From an uncultured virus (IMG/VR IMGVR_UViG_3300012000_002192) (lineage: Duplodnaviria; Heunggongvirae; Uroviricota; Caudoviricetes): DNA of 64,000 bases. The notes beneath the pieces are model-generated. The model did no database searches. It worked only from the letters and a program-made list of their open reading frames with translations, and was not told the DNA's origin. Position 1 is the first letter of the stretch; each line of letters begins with the position of its first letter. The DNA lies in the IMG/VR virus record IMGVR_UViG_3300012000_002192, positions 1 to 64,000 of that record, one strand, 5' to 3'. Of the stretch, positions 1 to 9,635 are shown in pieces. The position numbers and the translations under genes are program-made.

Positions 1-15
1 CTAAATTTAAATAAA

Positions 16-963
16 ATGTGCGCTGTTATTTCTTATTTTGGAGGAAAGAGTTCTTCCGTTTTTATTGACTTCATTAACAAAAAAATACCCAAAATAGGTG
101 TCAAAAATTACCTCGAGCCGTTTTCGGGTTCTTTTGCTACCTACATGGACGATGATACATTAAATTTTGAAAATGTGGTTTATAACGATAAAAATAGACA
201 CCAAGTCAATCTAATGAAGTGTTGCGCTGAACCGGAAAAGTTTTTATATGTTCTGGAAAAATTGAAACAAACAATTCTTAATACAACCGAAACGGATCCC
301 CAAAAAAAATGGGATTTCTATAAATCTATCTATAGAAAGTATGTAGACAATGATTTTTTAGACAACAATGACTTTGAAATGGGTGACTTTAAAAGAGCTG
401 CAATTTACGCATTTCTTATCACTTCAAGTTTTTCCAGTGTCTATCCACGAGGCGGTGGATTTACTGGGTATAAAAAAGATACGGATAAACTTAAATTAGA
501 ATCTTTAATATCTAAATTAAAGAAAAATAAATATACACAGAAACTACAATCTATCACCGAGTTCAACAATATTGATTTTCAAGAACTAATCTTAAAATGG
601 GATAGCCCAGAAACTTACATTTATTTAGACCCTCCTTATGCTAGATTTGACGAATCAAAGGGCGAAGACGATGCTAAGAGGCTTTTCTGGTATGGGTCTG
701 ATGCAGAAGGTGTATTTGGACCTGCCTCACACAGAAGACTTTTAGAATTGATTAAAGGTATTGAAAGTAGATGGTCATTATCATACTATTATTTCCCACT
801 CTTAGAAGAGTTATTACCGAAAGATAAATATCTTTGGTTTGAAAAGGAAGTTAATAGAAGTTCCGCAAACGGTGGGAATAATCATGAGTCAAAAGGCAAA
901 GCCGAAAAAGGAGTCGAACTACTGATTCTAAATTATGATCCAGTAACTGGTGAAAGAATATAA
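16..963 (+). CDS. dam: DNA adenine methyltransferase (Dam/D12 class)
   Basis: N-terminal SYFGGKS, SAM-binding EPFSGS, YND motif, catalytic YLDPPY, terminal ELLILNY. Confidence 0.85.
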   Translation: MCAVISYFGGKSSSVFIDFINKKIPKIGVKNYLEPFSGSFATYMDDDTLNFENVVYNDKNRHQVNLMKCCAEPEKFLYVLEKLKQTILNTTETDPQKKWDFYKSIYRKYVDNDFLDNNDFEMGDFKRAAIYAFLITSSFSSVYPRGGGFTGYKKDTDKLKLESLISKLKKNKYTQKLQSITEFNNIDFQELILKWDSPETYIYLDPPYARFDESKGEDDAKRLFWYGSDAEGVFGPASHRRLLELIKGIESRWSLSYYYFPLLEELLPKDKYLWFEKEVNRSSANGGNNHESKGKAEKGVELLILNYDPVTGERI

Positions 964-985
964 TATATAAAATAAAAAAATAATT

Positions 986-1318
986 ATGAAAATCAATAGT
1001 GACGTTATTTCAGGAAACGTAATTAGAGACACCGAAGTCTATGTTGTAGAAGACAACAGATTCTTAAATAACCTTTGTGTATCAAAAACAATTTTACACC
1101 CAAATAAAGAAACTTCTGGGCATTCACACCCTGGATTAGAAGAAGTTTATTTCTTTAAAAGTGGTACGGGTATAATGCAGTTAGACGACCAAAGAATAGA
1201 TGTCAAATCTGATGACATTATTTTGATCCCTGACGGGGCCTTTCATAAAGTTTTTAATACCGGAAACTCTGATTTAGTTTTTGTTTGTGTTTTCCAATCT
1301 TACGAAAGGACTAATTAA
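986..1318 (+). CDS. Cupin-domain protein
   Basis: Cupin motifs GHSHPGLEEVYFFKSGTG and IPDGAFHKVFN. Confidence 0.85.
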   Translation: MKINSDVISGNVIRDTEVYVVEDNRFLNNLCVSKTILHPNKETSGHSHPGLEEVYFFKSGTGIMQLDDQRIDVKSDDIILIPDGAFHKVFNTGNSDLVFVCVFQSYERTN

Positions 1319-1320
1319 TT

Positions 1321-1680
1321 ATGCAATTTACTGACCACTTAGATAAAATAAAAGAACTTGGATTCACTATTGAGATAATCTGGAATACCGCTGTAATAAT
1401 TTCCTATGAGAATCCGTCTTGGGGCTCGTCTACATCGAATCAATTTGGTTTCAAAGTTCTTTATTGTAGTTATTTATTTAGAGATGACTTCACATTTGAA
1501 GAATTAATCGAGTGTTGTTGCGATTTCTTTTATAGTTGGTACAATAAAAATTTAGCCACACTCAATCAATACGAAACACTTCAAGTTGATGATATTTACG
1601 AAAAGTTGATAGATTCAATTTTAGGAGATATTACTAAACAGGTTTACAGAGACAATTCAATAGATCTAATATTTGAATAA
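1321..1680 (+). CDS. Hypothetical protein
   Basis: 119-aa ORF directly after the cupin; ends YRDNSIDLIFE. Confidence 0.7.
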   Translation: MQFTDHLDKIKELGFTIEIIWNTAVIISYENPSWGSSTSNQFGFKVLYCSYLFRDDFTFEELIECCCDFFYSWYNKNLATLNQYETLQVDDIYEKLIDSILGDITKQVYRDNSIDLIFE

Positions 1681-1682
1681 GA

Positions 1683-2390
1683 CTAGCCCCACTTTTCAAT
1701 ACTCTTTCTAAACCTTTCGATATGGGAGCTTAAAGTATCAAACTTTTGCATAAAATCTTTGTCAAAGTTGTAAAGGTCCTCGGTAGTCAATTTCATCATC
1801 TCATCATCTCTTTGATCGGAATTTTTTGCTTTTGTTTTCCAAATTTCGATTAACTTCTTTGGATCATATTTGTTTTTTGGGTGAGCCGAGAATAAAAATC
1901 TGGGTAAGTCTTCCATCATTATTCTATGACAGGTCACTATTTGAGCAGCGTTATAGGGTTGGATGCTATATTCCAGTCGTAATTTTTTTAATTCTCTATA
2001 AATAATCTCATGTTTTACTTTTATAAAGTGATTTCCTTTCTTTTTTATATCCTGTTGAAAGTCTAATTCTTTAATATACTTATCAAAAAAAAGTATTCTA
2101 ATCTCAAGTGGTATAAAGTTGAAATTTACACATGTAAAAAGAATATTCGATTCATAAAGTTTCTGTTCGGTTATAAATACAGGTGAGTATCTTATCCAAT
2201 TAGAATCATCTTTGTAATGTAGAAAATAAAATTTTCCCGGTATCATCAGTCTTACGGGAATTGCTTTTATTTGTTCAGTTGATTTGGTGTAAGATTTATA
2301 AAAATCTATTGAGTTTTCTTTGAAATAACTTACCGGGTCGTTAGAACTAACCAATTTATTTAGTTTAAATCTATCATATAATTCACCCAT
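1683..2390 (-). CDS. DNA end-protector protein, T4 gp2-like
   Basis: PGKFYFLHY...YSPVF...VNFNFIPLEIR resembles the gp2 core; divergent from the gp4-like gene. Confidence 0.55.
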   Translation of the reverse strand: MGELYDRFKLNKLVSSNDPVSYFKENSIDFYKSYTKSTEQIKAIPVRLMIPGKFYFLHYKDDSNWIRYSPVFITEQKLYESNILFTCVNFNFIPLEIRILFFDKYIKELDFQQDIKKKGNHFIKVKHEIIYRELKKLRLEYSIQPYNAAQIVTCHRIMMEDLPRFLFSAHPKNKYDPKKLIEIWKTKAKNSDQRDDEMMKLTTEDLYNFDKDFMQKFDTLSSHIERFRKSIEKWG

Positions 2391-2410
2391 TTACTCAGAG
2401 ATTGTTTTAT

Positions 2411-2420
2411 TTATATATAA
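2411..2420. promoter_or_regulatory. Putative bidirectional late promoter TTATATATAA between gp2-like and gp4-like genes
   Basis: Perfect palindrome in the 33-bp divergent gap. Confidence 0.55.
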
Positions 2421-2423
2421 ATT

Positions 2424-2951
2424 ATGATAAACGCTAAACCCAACAACTCAAACTATAACCAGGGCAATTATATTCCAAAGTTTAAAGAAAAAGTGCTGAA
2501 ATTAAATTCACTTGGAGGCGTATTTTTTCGAAGCAGTTGGGAGAAAAAGATAATGACTTGGTTAGACCACAATGATAAAATATCTATTTGGGGCGCGGAA
2601 TGTTTGAAAATTCCATACCAGATGACACACTTTGATAAAGGTGATACTAAAATAAAAGAACACTCGTACTATCCTGACTTTTATTATGAAATGAAAATTA
2701 ATGAGACTCTAACAAAAAAGGTAGTAGTTGAAGTCAAACCTCAAAAAGAATATAACATGGTGTTAGCCCTAAATGAAGGCAGATTGGAAATTCCTGAAAA
2801 CAGGGGAAAGAAACTCAAAAACTTTGAATACGATCTAAAAATGGCTTATAAAAATAAACAAAAATGGGACACTATGATTTCTTGGTGTCAAAAAAAGGGA
2901 TTTGAGTTTATAATAATTACAGAAGATCACTTAAAAAAATTTAACCTATAA
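2424..2951 (+). CDS. Head completion nuclease, T4 gp4-like (TnsA-type PD-(D/E)XK)
   Basis: FRSSWE...WLD...IPY...HSYYPDF...VEVKP...K.W...F.IITE. Confidence 0.85.
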   Translation: MINAKPNNSNYNQGNYIPKFKEKVLKLNSLGGVFFRSSWEKKIMTWLDHNDKISIWGAECLKIPYQMTHFDKGDTKIKEHSYYPDFYYEMKINETLTKKVVVEVKPQKEYNMVLALNEGRLEIPENRGKKLKNFEYDLKMAYKNKQKWDTMISWCQKKGFEFIIITEDHLKKFNL

Positions 2952-3272
2952 GTTAAACAACAACAAACTAAGTAGAACGATGTTTACCACAGGAACAATA
3001 CGGTGATATCGTGAATACAATGATTTATTTGTATAATATAAAGGAAATCTTAAAATAATCAAAAAAGATAGCACTAAATAGATATTAGAAACTTGTAAAA
3101 ATATACCAATTAAGAGCCAGATTATAAAAAGAGGCTTAAGGCTATAATAAACTAAATCTAATTTTTTATTGAAATCCCTGACTCTAATCGGTTCATCTAG
3201 TCTTTTATAATGGTAGATATAGTAAGAATTAGAGAAAATGAAAATTAGTGAAATAAGATTAAACATTATCAT
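2946..3272 (-). CDS. Small multi-pass membrane protein
   Basis: 3-4 hydrophobic segments in 108 aa. Confidence 0.6.
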   Translation of the reverse strand: MIMFNLISLIFIFSNSYYIYHYKRLDEPIRVRDFNKKLDLVYYSLKPLFIIWLLIGIFLQVSNIYLVLSFLIILRFPLYYTNKSLYSRYHRIVPVVNIVLLSLLLFNL

Positions 3273-3537
3273 AAACTTCGATTCTTTTTAAACTTAATGA
3301 ATTATTAAATTCAACTTCTGAGAGTCTTATATCGGATTTTCTTTTTAATATTTGATAAATTGAATTGTCAACATAAACAATTTCTTGCTTACCGACCGGT
3401 CGCTCTGTGGTATTTCTTTCTAAGTTTTGTAAAAAATTATTTCTAGAACTTAATGAAATATGCAAAGAACAACCATCGGATTGAATAGAATTATCAATTA
3501 GCCAAATTTCCCAAAGTTGAATATAGACTTCTTTCAT
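3259..3537 (-). CDS. Hypothetical protein
   Basis: 92-aa ORF with ATG, overlapping the next gene; SDGCSLH motif. Confidence 0.65.
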   Translation of the reverse strand: MKEVYIQLWEIWLIDNSIQSDGCSLHISLSSRNNFLQNLERNTTERPVGKQEIVYVDNSIYQILKRKSDIRLSEVEFNNSLSLKRIEVYDNV

Positions 3538-3607
3538 TAAAGTATTTGAAACTTCTATATTATTAATTTAAAACTTTGTTGAATAAAAAAATAAAAAAAA
3601 TAAAAAA

Positions 3608-4690
3608 ATGAAAATTAAACTAGAATATATCTGGCTTGATGGGAATGAACCACAGAATTTAAGAAGTAAGACCAAAATTGTCGAATCAGATGGATTGGAT
3701 AATAATATTGAACTATACCAAATGTGGTCTTTCGACGGAAGCTCCACAAACCAAGCAAAAGCAGGTCGTGGTGAAAATACAGACTGTTTACTTAAACCTG
3801 TTTTTGTAGTAAGAGATCCGCTAAGAAGTGTATATGATAAACTGGTACTTTGTGAAGTTTTGAATCCTGATGGAACTCCACACATTTCAAACAAAAGACA
3901 CATGCTTTCAGAGACACTGCTAGAATTTAATATAAATGACAATGTTGAAAAAAATGATTCTCCTTGGTTTGGCTGGGAACAGGAATACACATTAACTCAT
4001 AAACCAAAAAGTCCATTTTCAGATGGTGTAGGTCTGCCTTTAGGATTTACAACAGATGAGCCATCAGAAATGCCAAGACCACAAGGTGATTACTACTGTG
4101 GAATAGGAGCCGATACAGTTATTGGAAGAGAGATTGTTGAAAATCACATGAATATGTGTCTAGAAATTGGTCTGGAAATTTCTGGAATAAATGCCGAAGT
4201 TCTTCTTGGGCAATGGGAATATCAAATCGGACCAGTTACTCCAATTAACGGTTCTGATCAACTCTGGATATCTCGTTATATCTTACAGAGAGTGGCCGAG
4301 AGATATAATACAAACGTATCATTACACCCTAAGCCTATTAAAGGTGACTGGAACGGCACCGGTTGTCATGTAAATTTCTCTACTCCATCAATGAGAGAAA
4401 ATGGCGGATTTGAAATTATCAAAGAGACTATGTCTAAATTAGAATCAAACCATATCAATCACATAGAAGTCTATGGCCTTTTTAATGAAGAGAGACTAAC
4501 AGGTGAACACGAAACGTCTGGTATACATGAATTTAGTTTTGGATATAGCACACGAGACACATCAATTCGCATACCCGCTCAATCTGTGATTGATGGAAAA
4601 GGATATTTTGAAGACAGAAGACCCGCTTCAAACTGCGACCCATACTTAGTCACTGAGCGTATGATTAGAACTGTTTTTACAGATATTTAA
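3608..4690 (+). CDS. glnII: Glutamine synthetase type II
   Basis: LEYIWLDG, WSFDGSST, QGDYYCG, INAEV..GQWEYQIGP, HPKPIKGDWNGTGCH, EDRRPASNCDPY; 360 aa. Confidence 0.95.
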   Translation: MKIKLEYIWLDGNEPQNLRSKTKIVESDGLDNNIELYQMWSFDGSSTNQAKAGRGENTDCLLKPVFVVRDPLRSVYDKLVLCEVLNPDGTPHISNKRHMLSETLLEFNINDNVEKNDSPWFGWEQEYTLTHKPKSPFSDGVGLPLGFTTDEPSEMPRPQGDYYCGIGADTVIGREIVENHMNMCLEIGLEISGINAEVLLGQWEYQIGPVTPINGSDQLWISRYILQRVAERYNTNVSLHPKPIKGDWNGTGCHVNFSTPSMRENGGFEIIKETMSKLESNHINHIEVYGLFNEERLTGEHETSGIHEFSFGYSTRDTSIRIPAQSVIDGKGYFEDRRPASNCDPYLVTERMIRTVFTDI

Positions 4691-5061
4691 ATATTCTTTT
4701 TAGACTTCTCTATATCAATTATTTCTTCAACATCTTTTTCTAAGTGTTGTTGTTGTTTTTCAATTAACTCTGTTAATTCCTCAATTTTTTTGGTCATTTT
4801 GTACATATCGCTCATCATTTTATCTGATTTTTCACCAGATTTTCGAGCTGTGTATCCGAGCACTGGTAGAGCTAAACCTTGAAATACTACTGAGCAAAGA
4901 TAAGATGCCCACGCTACTACTGTTGTTGGTTGAGTGTAAAAAAGTGGAACAGCAACAAGAAAACTAATCACATAAAAAGTTAACATAATTGATAGAACAT
5001 AAGAAAGTCTATCTGCTAGATAATCGTTGAAATTGGATATAATTTTTTTTATTTTTTTCAT
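4687..5061 (-). CDS. Membrane protein (two TM segments plus coiled coil; DUF1003-like)
   Basis: LADRLS-TM-TM-QGLALPVL followed by a coiled coil; TAATATATA upstream. Confidence 0.55.
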   Translation of the reverse strand: MKKIKKIISNFNDYLADRLSYVLSIMLTFYVISFLVAVPLFYTQPTTVVAWASYLCSVVFQGLALPVLGYTARKSGEKSDKMMSDMYKMTKKIEELTELIEKQQQHLEKDVEEIIDIEKSKKNI

Positions 5062-5085
5062 AGTGGTTTTTTCTTATATATTAAA

Positions 5086-5118
5086 TAAAAAAACCTAATC
5101 AATTTTTTGATTAGGTTC
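5086..5118 (-). terminator. Rho-independent terminator after the sigma gene
   Basis: Stem aacctaatcaa/ttgattaggtt with a T-run on the minus strand. Confidence 0.7.
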
Positions 5119-5138
5119 GATTAGGTTGTTTTTTTTTA

Positions 5139-5504
5139 TCAGATTGAGTGTAGACCTTGTCCTTCATTAGATCCTTCAATAGAGAGCAGTTTTATTTGAT
5201 TATCGCTGTCTCCTTTTTTGGAGTATATTTGGTTAAATCCCTTGGCCAAGCCGCGTTTAAATATCTCCGTGAAGTAGGCAAATGCGTTAGTCGATTTTTC
5301 TTCATTGAAATTATACCAGTTTTGAAACATATCTAACAGACCCGATTGATAACAATCTAATTTGTCGTCATTTGACCAGTATCTCATTTTTTTAACAGTT
5401 TTCTTTGCTAAGAGTTCTAGCATTTTTTCTGCGTTTCTTGTTAATTTTCCTTGTGCTTTAGACACGATAATCTCTACGAAGAGATCTTTATTATTTAGAT
5501 AAAT
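5139..5504 (-). CDS. Late-transcription sigma factor, T4 gp55-like (start extended to ATT at 5504)
   Basis: YNFNEEKSTNAFAYFTEI motif; in-frame upstream YLNNKDLFVEII matches the gp55-type Y.NNK.L N-terminus. Confidence 0.8.
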   Translation of the reverse strand: MYLNNKDLFVEIIVSKAQGKLTRNAEKMLELLAKKTVKKMRYWSNDDKLDCYQSGLLDMFQNWYNFNEEKSTNAFAYFTEIFKRGLAKGFNQIYSKKGDSDNQIKLLSIEGSNEGQGLHSI

Positions 5505-5661
5505 GGCTTTAGGATTATTTTTTTGAATAAAAAATCAGAAAAGTATTTTTTATTTAGTTTGGAATTTTGAATTAGTTTTAATTTTCTTACTGTATGAATC
5601 ATATTAAATCTAACTTTTTTTTCATGTTATATACTTATTCATCAAAAAAGTTTATTAAAAT

Positions 5662-5687
5662 AAAAAACCCTCTTAAAAAGAGGGTTT
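5662..5687 (-). terminator. Rho-independent terminator
   Basis: aaaccctctt/aagagggttt stem with a T-run on the minus strand, downstream of 5707..6990. Confidence 0.75.
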
Positions 5688-5706
5688 CAAAATTTATTTC
5701 AAATAA

Positions 5707-6990
5707 TTAAAGTTTAATTCTTTCGTTGTATTGTAATTCTTTTACTCCGTTCAATTCGGATTCAAGAACCGTTTTTCTTTTTTCTAAGTTTTTAAGTGCT
5801 GTTGTTAATACTTCAGACTCTCCGATTAGTTTGATTGAACTTTTGACTTTCTCAATATTGAATTTAACATCTTCTAATTTTAGTGTTACTTCTCTTTCTT
5901 TATCTTCAAGTTTTCTCTTAACAACTAATTCTTTTGAAAGTTTGTCTTCAAAGAAATATGTTAAATCATAATTTAATTCATTCTTTATTTCATTAACAAG
6001 TTCTAATGCAGATTCATATTTAAAGAAGGAGTTTCCGTATCTTTCGTCGCATCTATAAAGATAGACATTATTTTTATAGTTAAAAGCAAAGCATTCCAAA
6101 TAAGGATTTATCAAATTTGTTACTCTTTTAACTACGTCTAATTCAACGAATTTATCTAAGTTTTCAGATACTGTTTGTAACATTGGATAAAAGTTTTTGT
6201 TTACAATCGGCACAATAGGAGAAGAAAATAAAGATTCTAAAGTAGTTTCTTCGTTTAATTCATCATCGTTTACAAAAAGTAAACCTTTCTTTGAAACAGA
6301 CATCCCAAGTGTTAGATATTCGGATATTCTAAAATTAATTCTATCCTCAACAATTGTAGCATAGTTCATAGCTGTTTGTAGAGTTCTTAAAGTAGTCAAT
6401 TCCTCTTCGTTTTTAACATTATTTTCTAAAAGAGTCTTTTCAATTGAATTTTCTGTCAAAAGAAACCAAGAATCTTTGATTAGAGCGATGTGTCCATCTT
6501 CTACTGTTTCAACAATTGTGTAAACGGATTCAGATTTGCCTCCACTCAAAAGATTTGCTCTTTTTTCAGGTGATTTTGTTAAATTGTGAACAAATAATTT
6601 AATTTCCGGAACCCAATCATATACAGAAAGTTCATTTAATATTTTTGAAAGTCTATCTTGGTCAGAATCTAAATTAATTGTTTGTAAAATGACATTAATT
6701 GGCTGTCTGTAAAGCTCACCTTGATTTTTTGAATTAAGTACATTATATAAGTTTTTTAACTCATATAATAGCTCATAATTAGACATATCATCGTTTAGAG
6801 ATTCGAGTAGAGACTTTACTGACTTGTCATAAGTATAAGGCTTTAATCTTTCGTTTAATGACATAACGATGTTTTTTTCTGAATGCGTGTCACATGCATT
6901 CATATGCCCTTCGACAATTTGACAAATTTCTTCTTGGTCTAAGGTTAGACTCCTTTTGAAATTGAACAATTCTAATTTAAGATTCTTCAT
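5707..6990 (-). CDS. Hypothetical protein, possibly virion/head assembly
   Basis: 427 aa, C-terminal coiled coil, many L/I-x-E sites, TAATATATA upstream. Confidence 0.6.
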   Translation of the reverse strand: MKNLKLELFNFKRSLTLDQEEICQIVEGHMNACDTHSEKNIVMSLNERLKPYTYDKSVKSLLESLNDDMSNYELLYELKNLYNVLNSKNQGELYRQPINVILQTINLDSDQDRLSKILNELSVYDWVPEIKLFVHNLTKSPEKRANLLSGGKSESVYTIVETVEDGHIALIKDSWFLLTENSIEKTLLENNVKNEEELTTLRTLQTAMNYATIVEDRINFRISEYLTLGMSVSKKGLLFVNDDELNEETTLESLFSSPIVPIVNKNFYPMLQTVSENLDKFVELDVVKRVTNLINPYLECFAFNYKNNVYLYRCDERYGNSFFKYESALELVNEIKNELNYDLTYFFEDKLSKELVVKRKLEDKEREVTLKLEDVKFNIEKVKSSIKLIGESEVLTTALKNLEKRKTVLESELNGVKELQYNERIKL

Positions 6991-7072
6991 ATTTTTTTAA
7001 AATATTTTTTAGTTTAATACTCTATATATTATTAATTAAAAGTCAATTTTTTCTTTTTTCCTGCTGGTAAAC

Positions 7073-8104
7073 TTATGAATTTGGATTTGTTGGTCGGTTC
7101 GAGCCTCCTTTTGGAGGAGATGGATTACTACCAGCATTGATATTATTCAACCTAGCATTTTTTTCTCTGGCTTGTAGAATATTATTGAACCACTTTGTTC
7201 TTTTAGGTGCTATCATGAAATAATCAGGATCATTAAAAAGACTCGGATTTTGTTTCTTTTTTGGAAATTCTTCTGGAAAAACTGGGGGTATGTTAACATT
7301 TGCACCCGTGGCTCCTGTAATTGGTGGAAATGGTGGCTGAACAAACGGGGGCTGAAGTGAACCATCGTTTATTGGATATTGACCAACTGGGAAAAAAGCC
7401 GGTGGCTCACCATTTGTTCCTTCAAACGTAGATCCATCACCATATGTTCTTGTGTAACCCTCTGAGTTGATTCTGTCTTTTCTCATTGCTGGGTAGTAAG
7501 TGTGTACTTCAAAAGAAACTTTAAGTGTTATTGAATTATCCGACGTCAGATTTTTCTCGCGAGATATCTGAATAGTATTTGTATCCGGCATCAGTATCAT
7601 GGCGTCTATATTCATAAAATTGTATTCAAAATACATATATTTATACATCCAAAGTGTGTCCATGATAGCTTGAGAACATTTGAAAGTGTCTACTTCAGAC
7701 GACAATAACACAGTTAAGTCGTAATTTACAGTTATAGGAATACTTCTAACTCTGGCTAAAATTTTTCTAATTTCGATTTCGTTTTCCACTACCATTCTTA
7801 GCCAGACATTCGGATTTGCAAATTCATCTGATCTTATATTAAATCCTGTCATCGTCAAATGGCCTCTTGGAATAATATCAGTGTTTAATTCAACAAAACG
7901 ATTTTCAGATACAATATCATCGCTAAATGAGTCTAGTAAAAACCTCTCATCACCTGTCAAAGAGTAGTAAAAAGGCACGTTCACATTTACATCACCTGAG
8001 CTGAATCGATTCACCCATTTTATTTGACCTTCAAAAGTGTCCAATACACAAACAGTAAGGTCTCTAAAAAAAACATCTTCAAAATTAAACCTTTCACCAA
8101 TCAT
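7073..8104 (-). CDS. Tail sheath stabiliser/terminator, T4 gp15-like
   Basis: VNVPFYY...ERFL...IPRG...PITVNYDL pattern; Pro-rich C-terminal extension. Confidence 0.65.
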   Translation of the reverse strand: MIGERFNFEDVFFRDLTVCVLDTFEGQIKWVNRFSSGDVNVNVPFYYSLTGDERFLLDSFSDDIVSENRFVELNTDIIPRGHLTMTGFNIRSDEFANPNVWLRMVVENEIEIRKILARVRSIPITVNYDLTVLLSSEVDTFKCSQAIMDTLWMYKYMYFEYNFMNIDAMILMPDTNTIQISREKNLTSDNSITLKVSFEVHTYYPAMRKDRINSEGYTRTYGDGSTFEGTNGEPPAFFPVGQYPINDGSLQPPFVQPPFPPITGATGANVNIPPVFPEEFPKKKQNPSLFNDPDYFMIAPKRTKWFNNILQAREKNARLNNINAGSNPSPPKGGSNRPTNPNS

Positions 8105-8170
8105 TGAACTATATATAATTTCAGAGGTCTTCTAAATTTAACTTTTGTAATTTATTTGTATATAAACATT

Positions 8171-9142
8171 ATGAGTTCAGTAAACCAGTTACTTTTATGG
8201 GAAAAATGGCGACCAAAAACGTTAGACGATATGGTTTTGTTGCCAAGAATTCGTGAGTATTTCACAAACGGCGTGCCGAATAATTTTATATTTTATGGCC
8301 ACTATGGTACTGGTAAAACGACTTTAGCTCGAATTCTTATTGGTAAGTATGATAAAAGTAAACCACATCTTGAGTTAAATTCTTCACTATTTACATCAAT
8401 AGATGTTTTAAGAAATAAAATTGACGATTTTTGCAAGTTCTCTTCTATTATGGACGCTGAATCAGATATGAAATATGTTTTTTTAGATGAGTTTGAAAGA
8501 GTATCCGCTCAGTTTCAAGATGCCTTTAAGGCCTTCATCGAGAAATACAATAAAAATGTTCGATTTATAATAACTACTAATCACATTCATAAGATTTCCG
8601 ATGGTATAAAGTCCAGAATTCCTCAGATTAATTTTGATTGTCTCAATGTCGAAGAAGAAAAATATATTCAACAACAAATTTTTTTAAGAATAAGAGATGT
8701 TATACTACTAGATGAAAATAAAACTTTACCAAAACAGGACATTGTCAATATTGTTAAAAAAAACTTCCCAGATTTAAGAAAAACATTAGTTCACTTACAG
8801 GATTTCTTGACAACTGGGCACCAAGATTCTTTGGGCACCAGCGTGTCAAACCGATTAAAAGAAGAGTTATTCTCGGCCATATTCGACAATCAAAACGATT
8901 ACGAAAAAATATACCATTTTGTTAACTCAAAATTTGGACCAGAAAAAATTGACGATATGTTAAATATTTTAGGAAAGCCTTTTATAGACCATGCTATTGA
9001 AAGAGGTGTCAAAATAGATAAACTATTCCAGTGTAATTTTATTGTCTCTGAATATCATCCAAAAATCGAAACTTCATTAGACCCAATAGTTCTGGCGATG
9101 AGTGTAATAGGAAAACTCCGAGAAGCAGTATCTGAGAGTTAG
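8171..9142 (+). CDS. Clamp loader subunit (T4 gp44/RFC-like AAA+)
   Basis: WEKWRPKTLDD, Walker A GHYGTGKTT, Walker B FLDEFE, sensor TTN, SR, FPDLRK; ATG 8171 preferred over TTG 8156. Confidence 0.92.
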   Translation: MSSVNQLLLWEKWRPKTLDDMVLLPRIREYFTNGVPNNFIFYGHYGTGKTTLARILIGKYDKSKPHLELNSSLFTSIDVLRNKIDDFCKFSSIMDAESDMKYVFLDEFERVSAQFQDAFKAFIEKYNKNVRFIITTNHIHKISDGIKSRIPQINFDCLNVEEEKYIQQQIFLRIRDVILLDENKTLPKQDIVNIVKKNFPDLRKTLVHLQDFLTTGHQDSLGTSVSNRLKEELFSAIFDNQNDYEKIYHFVNSKFGPEKIDDMLNILGKPFIDHAIERGVKIDKLFQCNFIVSEYHPKIETSLDPIVLAMSVIGKLREAVSES

Positions 9143-9161
9143 TATATTTATATATAACTTA

Positions 9162-9536
9162 ATGGAATCAAGTTTTATAGATTTTTATATTAGATACAAA
9201 GGTCATCCTAAATTTCGAAACACTGAAATAATCGAAGATGATGTGGTGAGAGTTATCATACAGAAATGGGAAATGATTATATTCACTAATAAAGGTGACG
9301 TATTGGCTAATCCTGAATTAGGTTCCGATTTAGTAGAGTTGCTACATGAGACCAGATTATCCGCCGATGCAATACAATCAGATTTAATTCAGCAGATACG
9401 CAAGTTCATACCAGAAATAAATGATATAGAATATTCGGTAGTAGTTGACTTTTTTGAACATCCAGAAAAACATGAAGAATATATGACAATAGACTTTACA
9501 ATCGCTGGATACGAGGTCAGTGCGGTGATAACATAA
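9162..9536 (+). CDS. Baseplate wedge subunit, gp25-like
   Basis: IFTNKGDVLANPELGSDL..LLHE...I.KFIPE. Confidence 0.7.
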   Translation: MESSFIDFYIRYKGHPKFRNTEIIEDDVVRVIIQKWEMIIFTNKGDVLANPELGSDLVELLHETRLSADAIQSDLIQQIRKFIPEINDIEYSVVVDFFEHPEKHEEYMTIDFTIAGYEVSAVIT

Positions 9537-9635
9537 TTTTTAATTAAAAGGGTTAGCAAAATAAACAAAAACTAATTTACAACCTCTTTGTAGTAAGATA
9601 AAAAGAGATATTAAAATTGATTTTATATATAGTTA

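Noticed and set aside
3568..3990. 140-aa minus-strand ORF and similar short nested ORFs elsewhere in the track
   Set aside because: They overlap well-supported genes (here GSII) on the opposite strand or frame, with shadow-like composition
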